Source of the DNA: Promethearchaeia archaeon
Lineage (GTDB): Archaea; Asgardarchaeota; Lokiarchaeia; Sigyniarchaeales; SOKP01
Length of the DNA stretch: 64,000 bases
NCBI GenBank assembly: GCA_029856155.1
Contig: JAHQWL010000052.1
Location: 32,001 to 96,000, forward strand
Direction of reading: 5' to 3'
Shown: positions 1 through 10,786 of the stretch, piece after piece
Layout: every line of letters begins with the position of its first letter
How positions within the stretch are numbered: the stretch's first letter is position 1
Notes under the pieces: generated by a model
The model's database searches: none
What the model was told of the DNA's origin: nothing
What the model saw: the letters and a program-made list of their open reading frames with translations, nothing else
Position numbers and translations under genes: made by a program

Positions 1-1200
1 TTTATTAGTTTGAAAGAGTTCATATATATCATTGAAATATTTGTCAGACATTCCCGCGATATAATCCCTCGCTATTAGAGTTAACTGTTTACTCTTTTTG
101 AGAGTTTTAAAATAAGTACTGTAATTATGATTATCTATATATTCAATGTGATCTTTAAAAATAGGAGAACTATAATTATCTGTCTCTAAATCTTTTAAAC
201 ATTTTTCAAAAATCAGTTCGAATTTTGCTTTTAACTTGTCTAAGAATGTTTTATCTGAAGAATTCTTCTTAAGTAAATCTCTTCTAACATAAATCATTTC
301 ATAATTAAATGCCTTTAATTCCTTTAAGGCTTCAAAGATTTCACTGCTATAGCCAATCTCATCGGTATCTAAGCTATAATTTAATAAATCAGTAATTAGG
401 GTGTTAATTATCTTAGGATTTGTATCCCCTAGAACTTTCTTACAATTTTCCGGAATATCTTCTCTCTTAATAAATTTCAATAGTATCGCATCTTCAATAT
501 CTCTACCAATATAGCTGATAGTATCAGCAAATCTAGTGACAATAGCTTCATACGACATCGGTATTCTCTTAATTTTATTCTCATTAAAACAATCTTCATA
601 TTCTCTAAAATGATCTTCCCACGTTTTTCCGTTTCTTTTGATTGGTCTCAAATTTTGTTCATTTACTTCTCCATCATGGCAAAGTATTCCATCAAGAACT
701 TGTAAGCTCAAATTAAGTCCTTTCGCCGGTTTCTCTGGAAATCTTCTTTCAAGGTAAGAAAGCCATCTTATCCCTTGACCATTATGACTAAAACTTCCCA
801 TATTATAATTACTGCTGATATTATTAAGTATTTCTTCACCTAAATGCCCAAATGGAGAATGACCAATATCGTGCCCTAAAGCAATTGCTTCAATTAGATC
901 CGTATTAAGTCTTAACACTCGCCCAATTTGGCGAGCCATTCTTGAAACTATATGAACATGAAGCGAACGATGAGTGATATTAGCATTATTTACATTGAAA
1001 AAAACCTGAGATTTATCAATATAGCGGGCATACGCTTTTGAATGAACAATACGATCTACATCTCTAAAAAAGGGAGGTCGTATATCTACACTTGTCTCTT
1101 TATAGAATCTAATTGATTCTGAATCAAATATACCGTGAATTCCGACATTAACATCTCTTTTCATCCGTGTTTGTAACAAATCTATCATTTTATTGTCCAT
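1..1200 (-). CDS. HD-domain dGTP triphosphohydrolase-like protein (3' end runs off the window; not in ORF track)
   Basis: Manual translation from ATG at 1200 gives ...FFRDVDRIVHSKAYARYIDKSQVF...THRSLH...IEAIALGHDIGHSPFGHLGE, the dGTPase-family motifs; frame is open to position 1. Confidence 0.85.
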   Translation of the reverse strand, partial: MDNKMIDLLQTRMKRDVNVGIHGIFDSESIRFYKETSVDIRPPFFRDVDRIVHSKAYARYIDKSQVFFNVNNANITHRSLHVHIVSRMARQIGRVLRLNTDLIEAIALGHDIGHSPFGHLGEEILNNISSNYNMGSFSHNGQGIRWLSYLERRFPEKPAKGLNLSLQVLDGILCHDGEVNEQNLRPIKRNGKTWEDHFREYEDCFNENKIKRIPMSYEAIVTRFADTISYIGRDIEDAILLKFIKREDIPENCKKVLGDTNPKIINTLITDLLNYSLDTDEIGYSSEIFEALKELKAFNYEMIYVRRDLLKKNSSDKTFLDKLKAKFELIFEKCLKDLETDNYSSPIFKDHIEYIDNHNYSTYFKTLKKSKQLTLIARDYIAGMSDKYFNDIYELFQTNK

Positions 1201-1360
1201 TGTTTTAAAACCCAATATTCAATGTTAATATCTTCTATGCTATTGATATAAGATTAGATAGGCTATTATAAAGATTTTGCTTATATTATGAATTAGAAGT
1301 TAAAATTTTAATTTAATTTTAGGAGTTCTACCTTTAGAAATTAGAAATATATATAAAAAT

Positions 1361-2302
1361 TCAACCAAATTTTATATCAATTGCAGAATAGGGGCATTTT
1401 TCTTTACATTTCAGGCAGTAATTGCATTCTCCTTTACCAGTAAAAAATTCAAATGGTTCATCTAATATTCTTATTTGTTTTGGGCATACCTTTTCGCATA
1501 TTCCACATTCAGTTCGTCCAACACATCTTACAGGGCTTCGAGATAACTTTAAAAACGAATATTCACTAATTGCAGAAGAGACTGCGGCAAATGGGCAAAT
1601 ATATCTACAATAAACTCGAGGATACCATATCGATGCAATTATAATGATCAAATAGAAGATTGAGATGAAAAAAACTAAAAGATTGGAAAAAATCGGCCCT
1701 AAACTACTAGTTTGAAAAATTTCACGAATCATATTTGGAAAGAAGACAAAAATATATTCCGCTAAAGAAAAATAAGAGAGGGGTTTATCTCCTAAATCAC
1801 CTAGATTCGCTCTATAATCAATATAAAATGATACACTTGTAGTTGCTGTAATTCCTAGAGGGATAAGTATAATAACTAAAAAAATCACTAATGCATACTT
1901 AATCTTCAATAATGATTTATGTGTGCTTGGTTTTATAGTCTTCTTTTTTGTTGGAATTGCAGCACAGGCATCTTGAATTGTCCCAATAGGGCATATCCAT
2001 CCGCAAAAAAATCTACTTGTCAATATTATTATTACAATTAAAATTCCTATTAGAAAAATTGGAATTATTCCTTCTGTTATAGAAAAGAAAATATATTCTA
2101 ACATTCCTGCACCATTTGAAAGCGGATTTCTGGGAGAATTCAAAATTGGAAGTACCTTTAGTAGCCCCTCTAATCCAATCAAATTAATAGAAAAGATTAA
2201 TTCCAAGATAACATAATTAATAAGGATAAATGCGAAAATCTGAACTATTCTTCTAAATATAGTTATCAAATGATTTCTTAACTTAAAGTTTTTTAAATCC
2301 AA
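1361..2302 (-). CDS. Membrane 4Fe-4S binding protein (NapH/MauN/YccM-like polyferredoxin)
   Basis: TM helices, RFFCGWICPIG and YCRYICP motifs, two C-terminal ferredoxin Cys clusters. Confidence 0.85.
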   Translation of the reverse strand: MDLKNFKLRNHLITIFRRIVQIFAFILINYVILELIFSINLIGLEGLLKVLPILNSPRNPLSNGAGMLEYIFFSITEGIIPIFLIGILIVIIILTSRFFCGWICPIGTIQDACAAIPTKKKTIKPSTHKSLLKIKYALVIFLVIILIPLGITATTSVSFYIDYRANLGDLGDKPLSYFSLAEYIFVFFPNMIREIFQTSSLGPIFSNLLVFFISIFYLIIIIASIWYPRVYCRYICPFAAVSSAISEYSFLKLSRSPVRCVGRTECGICEKVCPKQIRILDEPFEFFTGKGECNYCLKCKEKCPYSAIDIKFG

Positions 2303-2528
2303 AAAATACCACTGAGCACTCTTTTTCTTAAAAAGATTAATTAATACTGTTTAAAAAAATTAATTTTTCTCAGAAAAAACAAAAAAAAGAAATTGCAGTT
2401 CAGTGAAATATACTCATTAATTTGGATTTCATATATAATCCAATATTGGATATTATTTCTCGAAGAATAAAAGGGATTTTAGATATTTAAATCATATCTC
2501 CTAGTAAGTTTACTATTTTGTTGAACTA

Positions 2529-4439
2529 TTACTTAAGAAAGAGAGTTTCCAGATTTTTAGGACTTTTTGTTGACTTTCTAAGCTTTTTATGTATCATAGT
2601 TGAAAGACTTATACATTTACTTTCTTCTCCGTGATTCACTATAACTGTTTTTGGGCGTGGTTGGATTCTCCTCAAGAATTGGGAAATTTGGCTTCGGGAC
2701 GAATGACCCGAAAAACCTTCTAATGTGAATACCTTTAAATTCAATTTTACTAGCTGTGTTCTCCCTTTCGCATCTACATATTGGAATTCTCGGAATCCAC
2801 GTTGAACACGGGAACCCAATGTACCATAAACTTGATAAGATACGAAGATCAGCGAATTATTAGCATCATTTGCTAGAGATCGTAAATACTGAACAGAAGG
2901 ACCACCAATGAGCATACCACTAGTAGCTAATATAATGCAAGGTCCTCCTTTAATAATGTCTAATCTTTCTTCTTGAGCAGAAACGGTCTCGAAATAATCA
3001 CTTAAAAATGGATTCTTCCCTTGATGTAAGATCTTTTCTCTTAGATCACTACTCAAGAAATCGGGATTAGCAGTATGGATAGCAGTAGCTTCACTAATCA
3101 GTCCATCAATAAAAATAGGTACTTTATCGATAAAACCTTTTGAAATATATTCTTCTAAGACTATTAATAATTCTTGAGCTCTCCCAACTGCTAAAACGGG
3201 AATTAAAACTTTTCCTCCTCTTTTCAGAGTTGCATTTAAAATCTGTTTAAGTTCTCTTTCAGATTCTTGCCTACTAGGAATACGATCTTGTGGTCCTCCA
3301 TATGTAGATTCAATTAATAGACTTTCTACTCTTGGAAATTTAACAGCAGCTTTTTCTAATAGCCGGGTTTTTTGATATTTAAAATCGCCTGTATACACAA
3401 AATTATAATCTCCCTTTCCAAAGTGAAGGTGAACCATTGATGATCCTAAAATATGACCCGAATTATGAAGTGTTAACTTAATATCTGGTGCAATATCGGT
3501 TACCTTTCCCCAAGAAAGAGGAATTGTATGAAGTACAGTTGATTTGACATCTCTTTTTGAATATGGTGATGGGATTCCTTCTTTTTCGCAAATTTGAATA
3601 AAATCTAATTGTAGCATTGTTGATAGATTACGTGTGGGTAATGTGCAATAAACTGGACCACGGTATCCATATTTATATAGAAATGGTACAAGTCCACAAT
3701 GATCTAAATGTGCATGTGAAATTATTACAGCATCGAGATCTCTTACTGAAAATTCAGGTACGTCGAAGTATGGAAATTTATCATTTGGATTCCCTACATT
3801 TAATCCACAATCTAATAATACATTACTATCCCTAGTTTGTATTAATATACACGATCTTCCTACTTCCCTAAAACCACCTAAGGCATGCATCCTAATATTC
3901 AAATCTCTAAAGAGAGCAGGTCTGTGAATTCTTTTCCCAATTTCTAATAAAATATCTTTTTGAGTTTGGCGTTCTTTTGTAAGCATTCCCCTAATTAATT
4001 GTATAGTTCTTGAAGTTAATGGAGGAGTTCGTATAGTTTTAGGTTGCCAAAAGGTATTGGTTCTTATCTCCTTTAGATTAGCGCCTTTTTTGCCAATAAC
4101 AAGCCCTGGTTTCCCAGATTCTATTATTACTTCGCCTCTTGTATGATCAAATTCAATAGCGGAAATCTCAGCATCTTCATTAATTAAATTTCTAATGTAA
4201 GCCTCGGTTTCGGCGGGATCCTTACGTTTTTCTACATTCCATCGAAAAACAACACGTTTTCGCATGGTTTTTGCTAAATCTTTTAATACTGTTGAACTTT
4301 CAGTAGCTTCTACATCTGAATTTTCTGAATATACAGCAATTTCAGGACCTTCAAATTCAATCTTTTTGACATTAATATCTGGTGGTAGATTTTGGATAAT
4401 TTCCTCTTTAATTCGCTCCAATTCACTTTCAAAACTCAT
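2529..4439 (-). CDS. fttA: Archaeal beta-CASP ribonuclease aCPSF1 (transcription termination factor FttA) with N-terminal KH domains
   Basis: KH motif KPGLVIGKKG, LGGFREVGRS, SHAHLDH, GHILGS, FSGHS; 636 aa. Confidence 0.95.
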   Translation of the reverse strand: MSFESELERIKEEIIQNLPPDINVKKIEFEGPEIAVYSENSDVEATESSTVLKDLAKTMRKRVVFRWNVEKRKDPAETEAYIRNLINEDAEISAIEFDHTRGEVIIESGKPGLVIGKKGANLKEIRTNTFWQPKTIRTPPLTSRTIQLIRGMLTKERQTQKDILLEIGKRIHRPALFRDLNIRMHALGGFREVGRSCILIQTRDSNVLLDCGLNVGNPNDKFPYFDVPEFSVRDLDAVIISHAHLDHCGLVPFLYKYGYRGPVYCTLPTRNLSTMLQLDFIQICEKEGIPSPYSKRDVKSTVLHTIPLSWGKVTDIAPDIKLTLHNSGHILGSSMVHLHFGKGDYNFVYTGDFKYQKTRLLEKAAVKFPRVESLLIESTYGGPQDRIPSRQESERELKQILNATLKRGGKVLIPVLAVGRAQELLIVLEEYISKGFIDKVPIFIDGLISEATAIHTANPDFLSSDLREKILHQGKNPFLSDYFETVSAQEERLDIIKGGPCIILATSGMLIGGPSVQYLRSLANDANNSLIFVSYQVYGTLGSRVQRGFREFQYVDAKGRTQLVKLNLKVFTLEGFSGHSSRSQISQFLRRIQPRPKTVIVNHGEESKCISLSTMIHKKLRKSTKSPKNLETLFLK

Positions 4440-4869
4440 AAATCTTCATTATTGTAGTTAATTAATTTTTCTATTTGATAATTTAATTTTACAGTTAAAT
4501 TGTGAAATTTAGATTCTATCTTCTTGGTTTTATAATTTGTCTCTCCTATTAATATGGCTCTATATTCGCGTATTTATTAATAACACTTGAAATTTCATAT
4601 ATACGTAAATACCGTTTTTTAATTTGTAAATGCTAATTTTTAATAAATAGTATTACATTCTCTTACAATATAGTTTACTTACAGAAGAGAATAATTTTTA
4701 GAATGAAATATTACTAAATTTCTAAGATAAATATGAATTAATAAAATAAAAACATTTTCATTATAGTTTATCTAAAAAATTATTATATTTTCTTTTTCTA
4801 ACTCTTTCCCCTTTGATAATTCTTCATTAATAAGTTATATTTTTTTGATAGAAAATTATAGATTATATT

Positions 4870-5502
4870 ATGGGAAAACTAAAAATAGGAGCAATTGCAT
4901 CTGGTTCGGGCTCGAATTTTGAAGCAATAGTTAACGCATGTGAAACGGGGATTTTAAAAGATAAAGCAACTGTAAAAGTATTAATTTGTAATAAAGTTGG
5001 AGCTTATTGTATGGAAAGAGCTAAAAATCATAATATACCTTATGTTTTAATTGAATCAGACAAGCATAGAGGAACAAGAGAGGAATTTGACCAGAAAATG
5101 ATAGAGGTGCTAAAAAAATACGGAGGTGAACTTATTGTGCTTGTTGGTTACATGCGTTATATCAGTGAAATGTTCTTAGACCATTTTAAAGGGAATATTA
5201 TGAATATTCACCCGGCTCTTCTTCCGAGTTTTAAAGGTATGCATGCCCATGAAGACACATTAGCCTATGGCGTTAAGGTCTCGGGAGTAACTGTTCATTT
5301 TGTGGATATTCATGAAGATCATGGACCCATAATCATCCAAAAATGTGTGCCTGTTTATGATACAGATACTAAAGAGACTTTAGGCCCTCGAGTTTTAAAA
5401 TGGGAACATAAGGTTTTTCCAAAAGCCATAGAACTTTTCTGTGATGGGAGATTGCATATTGATGGAAGAATAGTACGTATTGATGGTGAAGTTAAATTAT
5501 AA
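4870..5502 (+). CDS. purN: Phosphoribosylglycinamide formyltransferase
   Basis: ASGSGSNFEAI, NIHPALLPSFKG, GVTVHFV, DHGPII. Confidence 0.95.
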   Translation: MGKLKIGAIASGSGSNFEAIVNACETGILKDKATVKVLICNKVGAYCMERAKNHNIPYVLIESDKHRGTREEFDQKMIEVLKKYGGELIVLVGYMRYISEMFLDHFKGNIMNIHPALLPSFKGMHAHEDTLAYGVKVSGVTVHFVDIHEDHGPIIIQKCVPVYDTDTKETLGPRVLKWEHKVFPKAIELFCDGRLHIDGRIVRIDGEVKL

Positions 5503-5521
5503 ATTCCTCTTACTAATAATA

Positions 5522-5622
5522 GGGAAATGATTTTTTAATGTGCTATCTGACCCAACTGAAATTGATAATATTATTATCAATTAAATGAAGAAGATCTTGA
5601 GTAGCGAGAAAAATCATTTCCC
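5522..5622. repeat. Nested inverted-repeat element between purN and the EF-2 paralog
   Basis: Perfect 14-bp arms gggaaatgattttt (5522-5535) / aaaaatcatttccc (5609-5622); inner gctat/gtagc; inner palindrome aattgataata-t-tattatcaatt (5560-5582). Confidence 0.75.
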
Positions 5623-5710
5623 GCTTATTTTCATTAAACATAAATCCTAAGATTTTAATCAAAGTATTTATAATCTTAAATAATATCGTAGAAATGTTAA
5701 TCATTGAAAA

Positions 5711-7900
5711 ATGCCGCATCGAAAGGAAATATCCGAAATACTGAATTTAATGGAGAAAACTGAGAATATTAGAAATTTTGGCCTTGTAGGTCATATAGAT
5801 CACGGAAAGACTACGCTTTCTGATTCTTTATTAAGTGAAGCGGGATTTTTATCACCGGATTTAGCAGGTGAAGCACGAGCTTTAGACTTTCTTGAAGAGG
5901 AACAAAGAAGAGGCATTACTATGAAATCTGCAAACATTTCTTTATATTATGAGAAATCTCTTGAAGGACATGATCCATTTCTTATTAATTTAGTTGATAC
6001 ACCAGGTCATTTGGATTTTAGCGGAAAAGTAACTCGTGCCTTAAGGCTAGTTGATGGTGTTGTTGTAGTAGTAGATGCCGTTGAGGAAGTAATTACACAA
6101 TCTGAAACGGTAATTAAGCAAGCTCTCCAAGAAGGAGTTAAACCAGTATTATTCATTAATAAAATAGATCGTTTAATAAGAGAATTGAAGCTTTCTGATG
6201 AAGAGATTAAAAAGAAATATATAAGGATAATTAAATCATTTAACATCCTAATAGAAAGATATGCCGAACATCCATTCAATAAACGATGGAAGGTATCTCC
6301 ACTAGCGGGAAATGTGGCATTTGGTTCAGCACTTCATAAATGGGGGTTTAATTTAAATATTTTAGAAAAAAGTGCTATAAAATTTAAAGATATTAGGGAA
6401 AGATATAATAAAGACACGTATACAAAAGAAACTTATGCTGACTTACCTATGTATCTTCCAATTCATAGAGCAATATTGGAAATGGTTGTCGATCATTTAC
6501 CAAATCCAAAAGAAGCGCAAAAATATAGAATTGAAAAGATATGGGATGGGGATATTAATTCTGAATTGGGAAAAGCTATGGTTAACTGTGATCCTAATGG
6601 TCCTTTTATAGTATGTTTAAGTAAAGTACAAGTAGATAAACATGGTTTAATCTCAACAGGAAGGATCTTTTCGGGGAGCTGTACAAATAAAAAGGAGATC
6701 TTTCTTTTAAATGAAAATAGTTATGATAGAATTCAAAGAATTGCTATCTTTATGGGACAGAGAAGGGAACAAGTTGAAAAAATACCTGTTGGGAATATAG
6801 TAGCGATAGAAGGGCTCAAAAGGATAAAAAGTGGGGAGACAATAATAGATAGTAATAGTATTGATGGAATGGTACCATTCGAAAGTGTGAAATATATCAC
6901 AACGCCCGTTGTGACTGTCTCCATTGAACCAGAATATCTAAGAGACCTTGAGAAAATGAAAGAATTAATTGAGAAGGTATTAATTGAAGATCCAAATTTA
7001 AGATTCGAAATTAATGAAGAAAATGGAGAATTCTTATTATCTGGGATGGGTCCATTACATCTTGAAGTTACAGCTAATGAAATTGGGAAAAGAGGAGTAA
7101 ATATATCCACTTCAGAACCTAGAGCCGTTTTTAAAGAATCTTGTCGTAAACATTCTTCTTTAATTTCAGTAAACTCTCCCAATGGTCAAGGATCTCTTAA
7201 ATTGAAAATTGAAAGATTAGATGATAAAACTATACGATTTTTTCGAAATATTGATTACAAAACAATAAAACCTTTTAGCAAATTAATAGAAATCTTGAAT
7301 GAAAAAACCTCTCTAGGTAAAGAAGAAGTCGAAAATTTCTTGATGTGTGATTATGATCAAAACATATTAATTTACAAGGGAGATTTTGAACTAACTGACT
7401 TTTATAAAGATATAATTTTTGAAATTGTTGAAAAAATTCATCTAAACGGTCCACTAAGTTCTGAAAAACTTACAGAAATTAAGATAGTTGTTGAGTCTTT
7501 AGATATTGAAAAGATCTCTCAAGAAAATATATTTAATGAATTATCAGTAATGTTCTATGAAGCAATAAAAGCAGGATTAATTGAAGCAGAATTAATTCTA
7601 TTGGAACCAATTTATCATACAATCATCCAACTCCCTCCGGATTACATTAAAAATACGATTACTTTACTTTCAAAATATTCTGCAAAGATTAAAAGTATAG
7701 ACCAAGATAAAGAATACCAAGCAGTTATTGAGATCTTAATGCCGGTAAGGCATTCAATCAAATTTGCTGAAGAAGTTCGATCAACTACATCTGGTAGAGC
7801 TTTTTGGCAGAATGAATTTTTTGCATTTATGGAGGTTCCAAAACACGAATATCAAAGACTTATTAAAGACATTAATTTTTTTAAAGGAATTTCCTGGTAA
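5711..7900 (+). CDS. Elongation factor 2 paralog (aEF-2p type translational GTPase) lacking the diphthamide loop
   Basis: GHIDHGKTT, RGIT, DTPGH, NKID and full EF-2 length; the region expected to carry HxDxxHRG reads IEKISQENIFNELS. Confidence 0.85.
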   Translation: MPHRKEISEILNLMEKTENIRNFGLVGHIDHGKTTLSDSLLSEAGFLSPDLAGEARALDFLEEEQRRGITMKSANISLYYEKSLEGHDPFLINLVDTPGHLDFSGKVTRALRLVDGVVVVVDAVEEVITQSETVIKQALQEGVKPVLFINKIDRLIRELKLSDEEIKKKYIRIIKSFNILIERYAEHPFNKRWKVSPLAGNVAFGSALHKWGFNLNILEKSAIKFKDIRERYNKDTYTKETYADLPMYLPIHRAILEMVVDHLPNPKEAQKYRIEKIWDGDINSELGKAMVNCDPNGPFIVCLSKVQVDKHGLISTGRIFSGSCTNKKEIFLLNENSYDRIQRIAIFMGQRREQVEKIPVGNIVAIEGLKRIKSGETIIDSNSIDGMVPFESVKYITTPVVTVSIEPEYLRDLEKMKELIEKVLIEDPNLRFEINEENGEFLLSGMGPLHLEVTANEIGKRGVNISTSEPRAVFKESCRKHSSLISVNSPNGQGSLKLKIERLDDKTIRFFRNIDYKTIKPFSKLIEILNEKTSLGKEEVENFLMCDYDQNILIYKGDFELTDFYKDIIFEIVEKIHLNGPLSSEKLTEIKIVVESLDIEKISQENIFNELSVMFYEAIKAGLIEAELILLEPIYHTIIQLPPDYIKNTITLLSKYSAKIKSIDQDKEYQAVIEILMPVRHSIKFAEEVRSTTSGRAFWQNEFFAFMEVPKHEYQRLIKDINFFKGISW

Positions 7901-7960
7901 AAATTTGATCTTTTCCTTCATATTCTTGCTTCTGAGACATTTTTTACGTACCTCTCTTTT

Positions 7961-8773
7961 TTAAATTATAAAATATTGGTTAATGTTATTTTCAAATTCG
8001 TTAAATGGAGTAACATCTCCATTAAACTCTTTTATATAATCTCGGAACTGATAAAGAAATTCATCTGCAATGAGACACATATACCTTTGAAGTAGAGAAT
8101 TCATGTTTTCTACTAAAAAGGCAAAAATAACCTTACTTTTTGATATAACGTGGAACTGCTGATTCCCAAAATTTATTTCTTTTAATTTCGCACCTGTTTC
8201 TTTTCCAATTATAGTATTTGAAAACGATAGCAGAGCTGAAATAAATCCCCCAATATGGACTTCGTGATCTGCTATATTTGAACGATTTTTATTAATTTTT
8301 GAAATAAAGGGACTTCCTGTGGAACCTAAGATAAAAATCGCAATAATCCCATCAGTTTTTGGGATTTCAATTTCGGATTCGAAGATCTTAGTTATTTCTA
8401 AGATTGATGCATTTGCAAGAATTTTCTTATTAATTTTTTTTGATAAAAAATACAGCTCTGGGAATTTAACTGAACGTTCTTTTTCTTCCATATATATTAT
8501 TACAGAAATATTATTTTCCTTTTTCTTAAAATACTGAATAAAAATTGTAAAATTATCTAAAGAGATAATTGAATTTCCTTGTTTTTTAGTAATAATTTCA
8601 TTTTTATATAATTCAAGAATGTTTTGTATTAGGGGCATTCCTATTCCTTTTTGAAAGATTATATTAAATTTTCCTCCAGCATCAATTTCTGAGATTGTTA
8701 ATAAACCATAACCCAGCATTTGCAGTTTTTCTGAATTATTATTACTGTTTTGAGCCTTATTCATAGGTATCAT
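7961..8773 (-). CDS. Hypothetical protein with C-terminal longin/roadblock-like domain
   Basis: IGGFISALLSFSNTI...LKEINFGNQQFHVI...IADEFLYQF...FNGDVTPF resembles Asgard longin-like domains. Confidence 0.55.
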   Translation of the reverse strand: MIPMNKAQNSNNNSEKLQMLGYGLLTISEIDAGGKFNIIFQKGIGMPLIQNILELYKNEIITKKQGNSIISLDNFTIFIQYFKKKENNISVIIYMEEKERSVKFPELYFLSKKINKKILANASILEITKIFESEIEIPKTDGIIAIFILGSTGSPFISKINKNRSNIADHEVHIGGFISALLSFSNTIIGKETGAKLKEINFGNQQFHVISKSKVIFAFLVENMNSLLQRYMCLIADEFLYQFRDYIKEFNGDVTPFNEFENNINQYFII

Positions 8774-9265
8774 ATTTTCTTCATACGGGTTTTTTATAGA
8801 TTCTGTGTTTATGAATAATGACCATGATTTTTCGATAATATTACAATTCTCTAATATAAAATAGTTAACACCAAACCAAATTTTTGTTGTAAAATATTAG
8901 TCGTTCTTTTAGTTTTTTAGTATTTTTCTTAATTATGAACTAAAAGATTTATATCGGAAAATATATATAAAGTTATTGTTATAAAAAAATGTTATCCAAA
9001 TGTAAAACACATTTTTTTTTTACATTTAATAAAATCAAATTGAGATTTGTCATCAGGGATATATACGCCTTTTTTTTAAATATAACCCTGTATTTTGAAT
9101 AAGTATATAGATGTTGACTATGACAATGATTTAAATATCTCAAAAAAAATTACATAATTAATAGATCTTTGAATGTCAAATTTCATTTAAAAATATATGA
9201 TTACATACAAATAATAGATTTGAACACAAAAACATTATTACAAATACTGAAGATAAGACATTATC

Positions 9266-9908
9266 ATGACTATTCAAGATAGAATAAAACCAGGAGGCGA
9301 TGAGTTTTTAGAAGAAATTCTAATTAGGTGTCCAAAATATTCGAACAATAAAAAGATAAAGATTCTCATAAAAGTAATTAACAGAGTAAACAATTGACTA
9401 CAATCTCAATTCCCTCAAATTAATGTTGCGACCATAGTTTTCAAGCTTTCGTTGACAAAAACTTCATTGTTAGAGGTTATCAGACTGTTGATTTTGAATT
9501 CACTCACATGGAGTTTTATGAAAGTAGTGATAACAAAGATGATACAAAAGACTTTACACTTTTACCAATCTTCCAAAAAATAATCCAATGTTAAGAGATT
9601 GTATAGAAGATAAAGAAGTAATCGGTTCAGCTATTTTCACCCTAATATGGAAAGTTATATATTCCTCATTACTTCAAACAACATTATTTAATATAATTCG
9701 AGAATTTGAAGTTAGAAATGAAAAAAATTTAATTGTTTTGAAGAAGATGTACCTTGAGCTTGAAAATAGTGAAAAATTTATTTCCAAATTCATGGAAATT
9801 AATGGAATGAAATTTAACCTAGTTTTGATGTTTTCTTTTCGCGTCAAATTTGGTATGGGTAATCTTTATCTGCGCGATGTATTAAGAAAAATAGAGAGAT
9901 TAATTTAA
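9266..9908 (+). pseudogene. Degraded gene (Zn-binding-like N-terminus plus roadblock-like C-terminus) spread over three frames
   Basis: ATG 9266 MTIQD...IRCPKY; frame change near 9391 to QLTTISIPSN*CCDHSFQAFVDKNFIVRGYQTVDFEF (TAA 9421-9423); second frame change into track ORF 9588-9908. Confidence 0.6.
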
Positions 9909-10291
9909 TTTATATGTTAATCAATCTTTTATTTATCATTTTTAGTTAAACTGATTAAAGAAATTAACAAAAATGTGGTAATTCTTCAATAAATTAAGAA
10001 ACATCCATTATTTAAACAATATTTATTTTTTTTACCCACAAAACCAAATATAAATGATTTATTGATAAAAATTAGAGTATAAATGGAACAACTTTTTATT
10101 TAAAACTCTAAAATTTAATATCAAAAAACAACTATCATTTACAATTTTGCCACAAAAATTATTTTAAATTATTTACCAACCTATTTTTGTATGTAAATAT
10201 CAATTTTTAAATATAAAACCGAAAGCATTTATAAATTAAAATATACTTTTAATTTAAATAAATAAATTTTAATTTAATTGAGAGATCAGAT

Positions 10292-10546
10292 ATGTTTACA
10301 AAAGAAGATGATATTGATAAAAAAATGGTACTATGTAAAAATATTTTAGATGATACGTATGAGATCTTGGAGTTATTGAAACCATTGATTCCACTCTTAC
10401 TGAAAATGGAAGAAGCTAAAAAATATAGAGAGAACGGGACTTTTGAAAGAGTTGCATCTTTATTTGGTGAAATCTCTGATTTATGTAAAGAAATTGAATG
10501 TAGTTCTTCAGCTTCAAGTATAAATTTTGAAAATTTAGGGAATTAA
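10292..10546 (+). CDS. Small helical hypothetical protein
   Basis: 84-aa ORF with ATG, normal codon usage and AT-rich promoter-like upstream region. Confidence 0.6.
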   Translation: MFTKEDDIDKKMVLCKNILDDTYEILELLKPLIPLLLKMEEAKKYRENGTFERVASLFGEISDLCKEIECSSSASSINFENLGN

Positions 10547-10647
10547 ATTATCAATTGAGTCAATTTATCATTTTTCAAAAATTAATTTACTGTAAAGAGA
10601 GATTTAAAGCGATTTAACTTTTTATTGATTTAATAAGTCTATTAAAG

Positions 10648-10731
10648 TGCGCCCGCCGGGAATTGAACCCGGGACACTGACTTGGGAAGCCAGTATATTG
10701 CGTCTGCACATTACGCCTATACGACGAGCGC
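10648..10731 (-). tRNA. tRNA-Gly(CCC) with a ~13-nt D-arm insertion (putative intron 10698-10710, position 22/23)
   Basis: Acceptor GCGCUCG/CGGGCGC, anticodon arm CUGGC-UUCCCAA-GUCAG, T arm CCGGG-UUCAAUU-CCCGG; 84 nt, 71 nt after removing the insertion. Confidence 0.9.
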
Positions 10732-10774
10732 AAAATTTTATAAACGTTCTACTAATTAAGTTTTACCACAGAAA

Positions 10775-10786
10775 TATATATAAAAA
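10775..10786 (-). promoter_or_regulatory. TATA-box candidate for tRNA-Gly
   Basis: TTTTTATATATA on the minus strand about 45-55 nt upstream of the tRNA 5' end; weak in an AT-rich genome. Confidence 0.35.
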
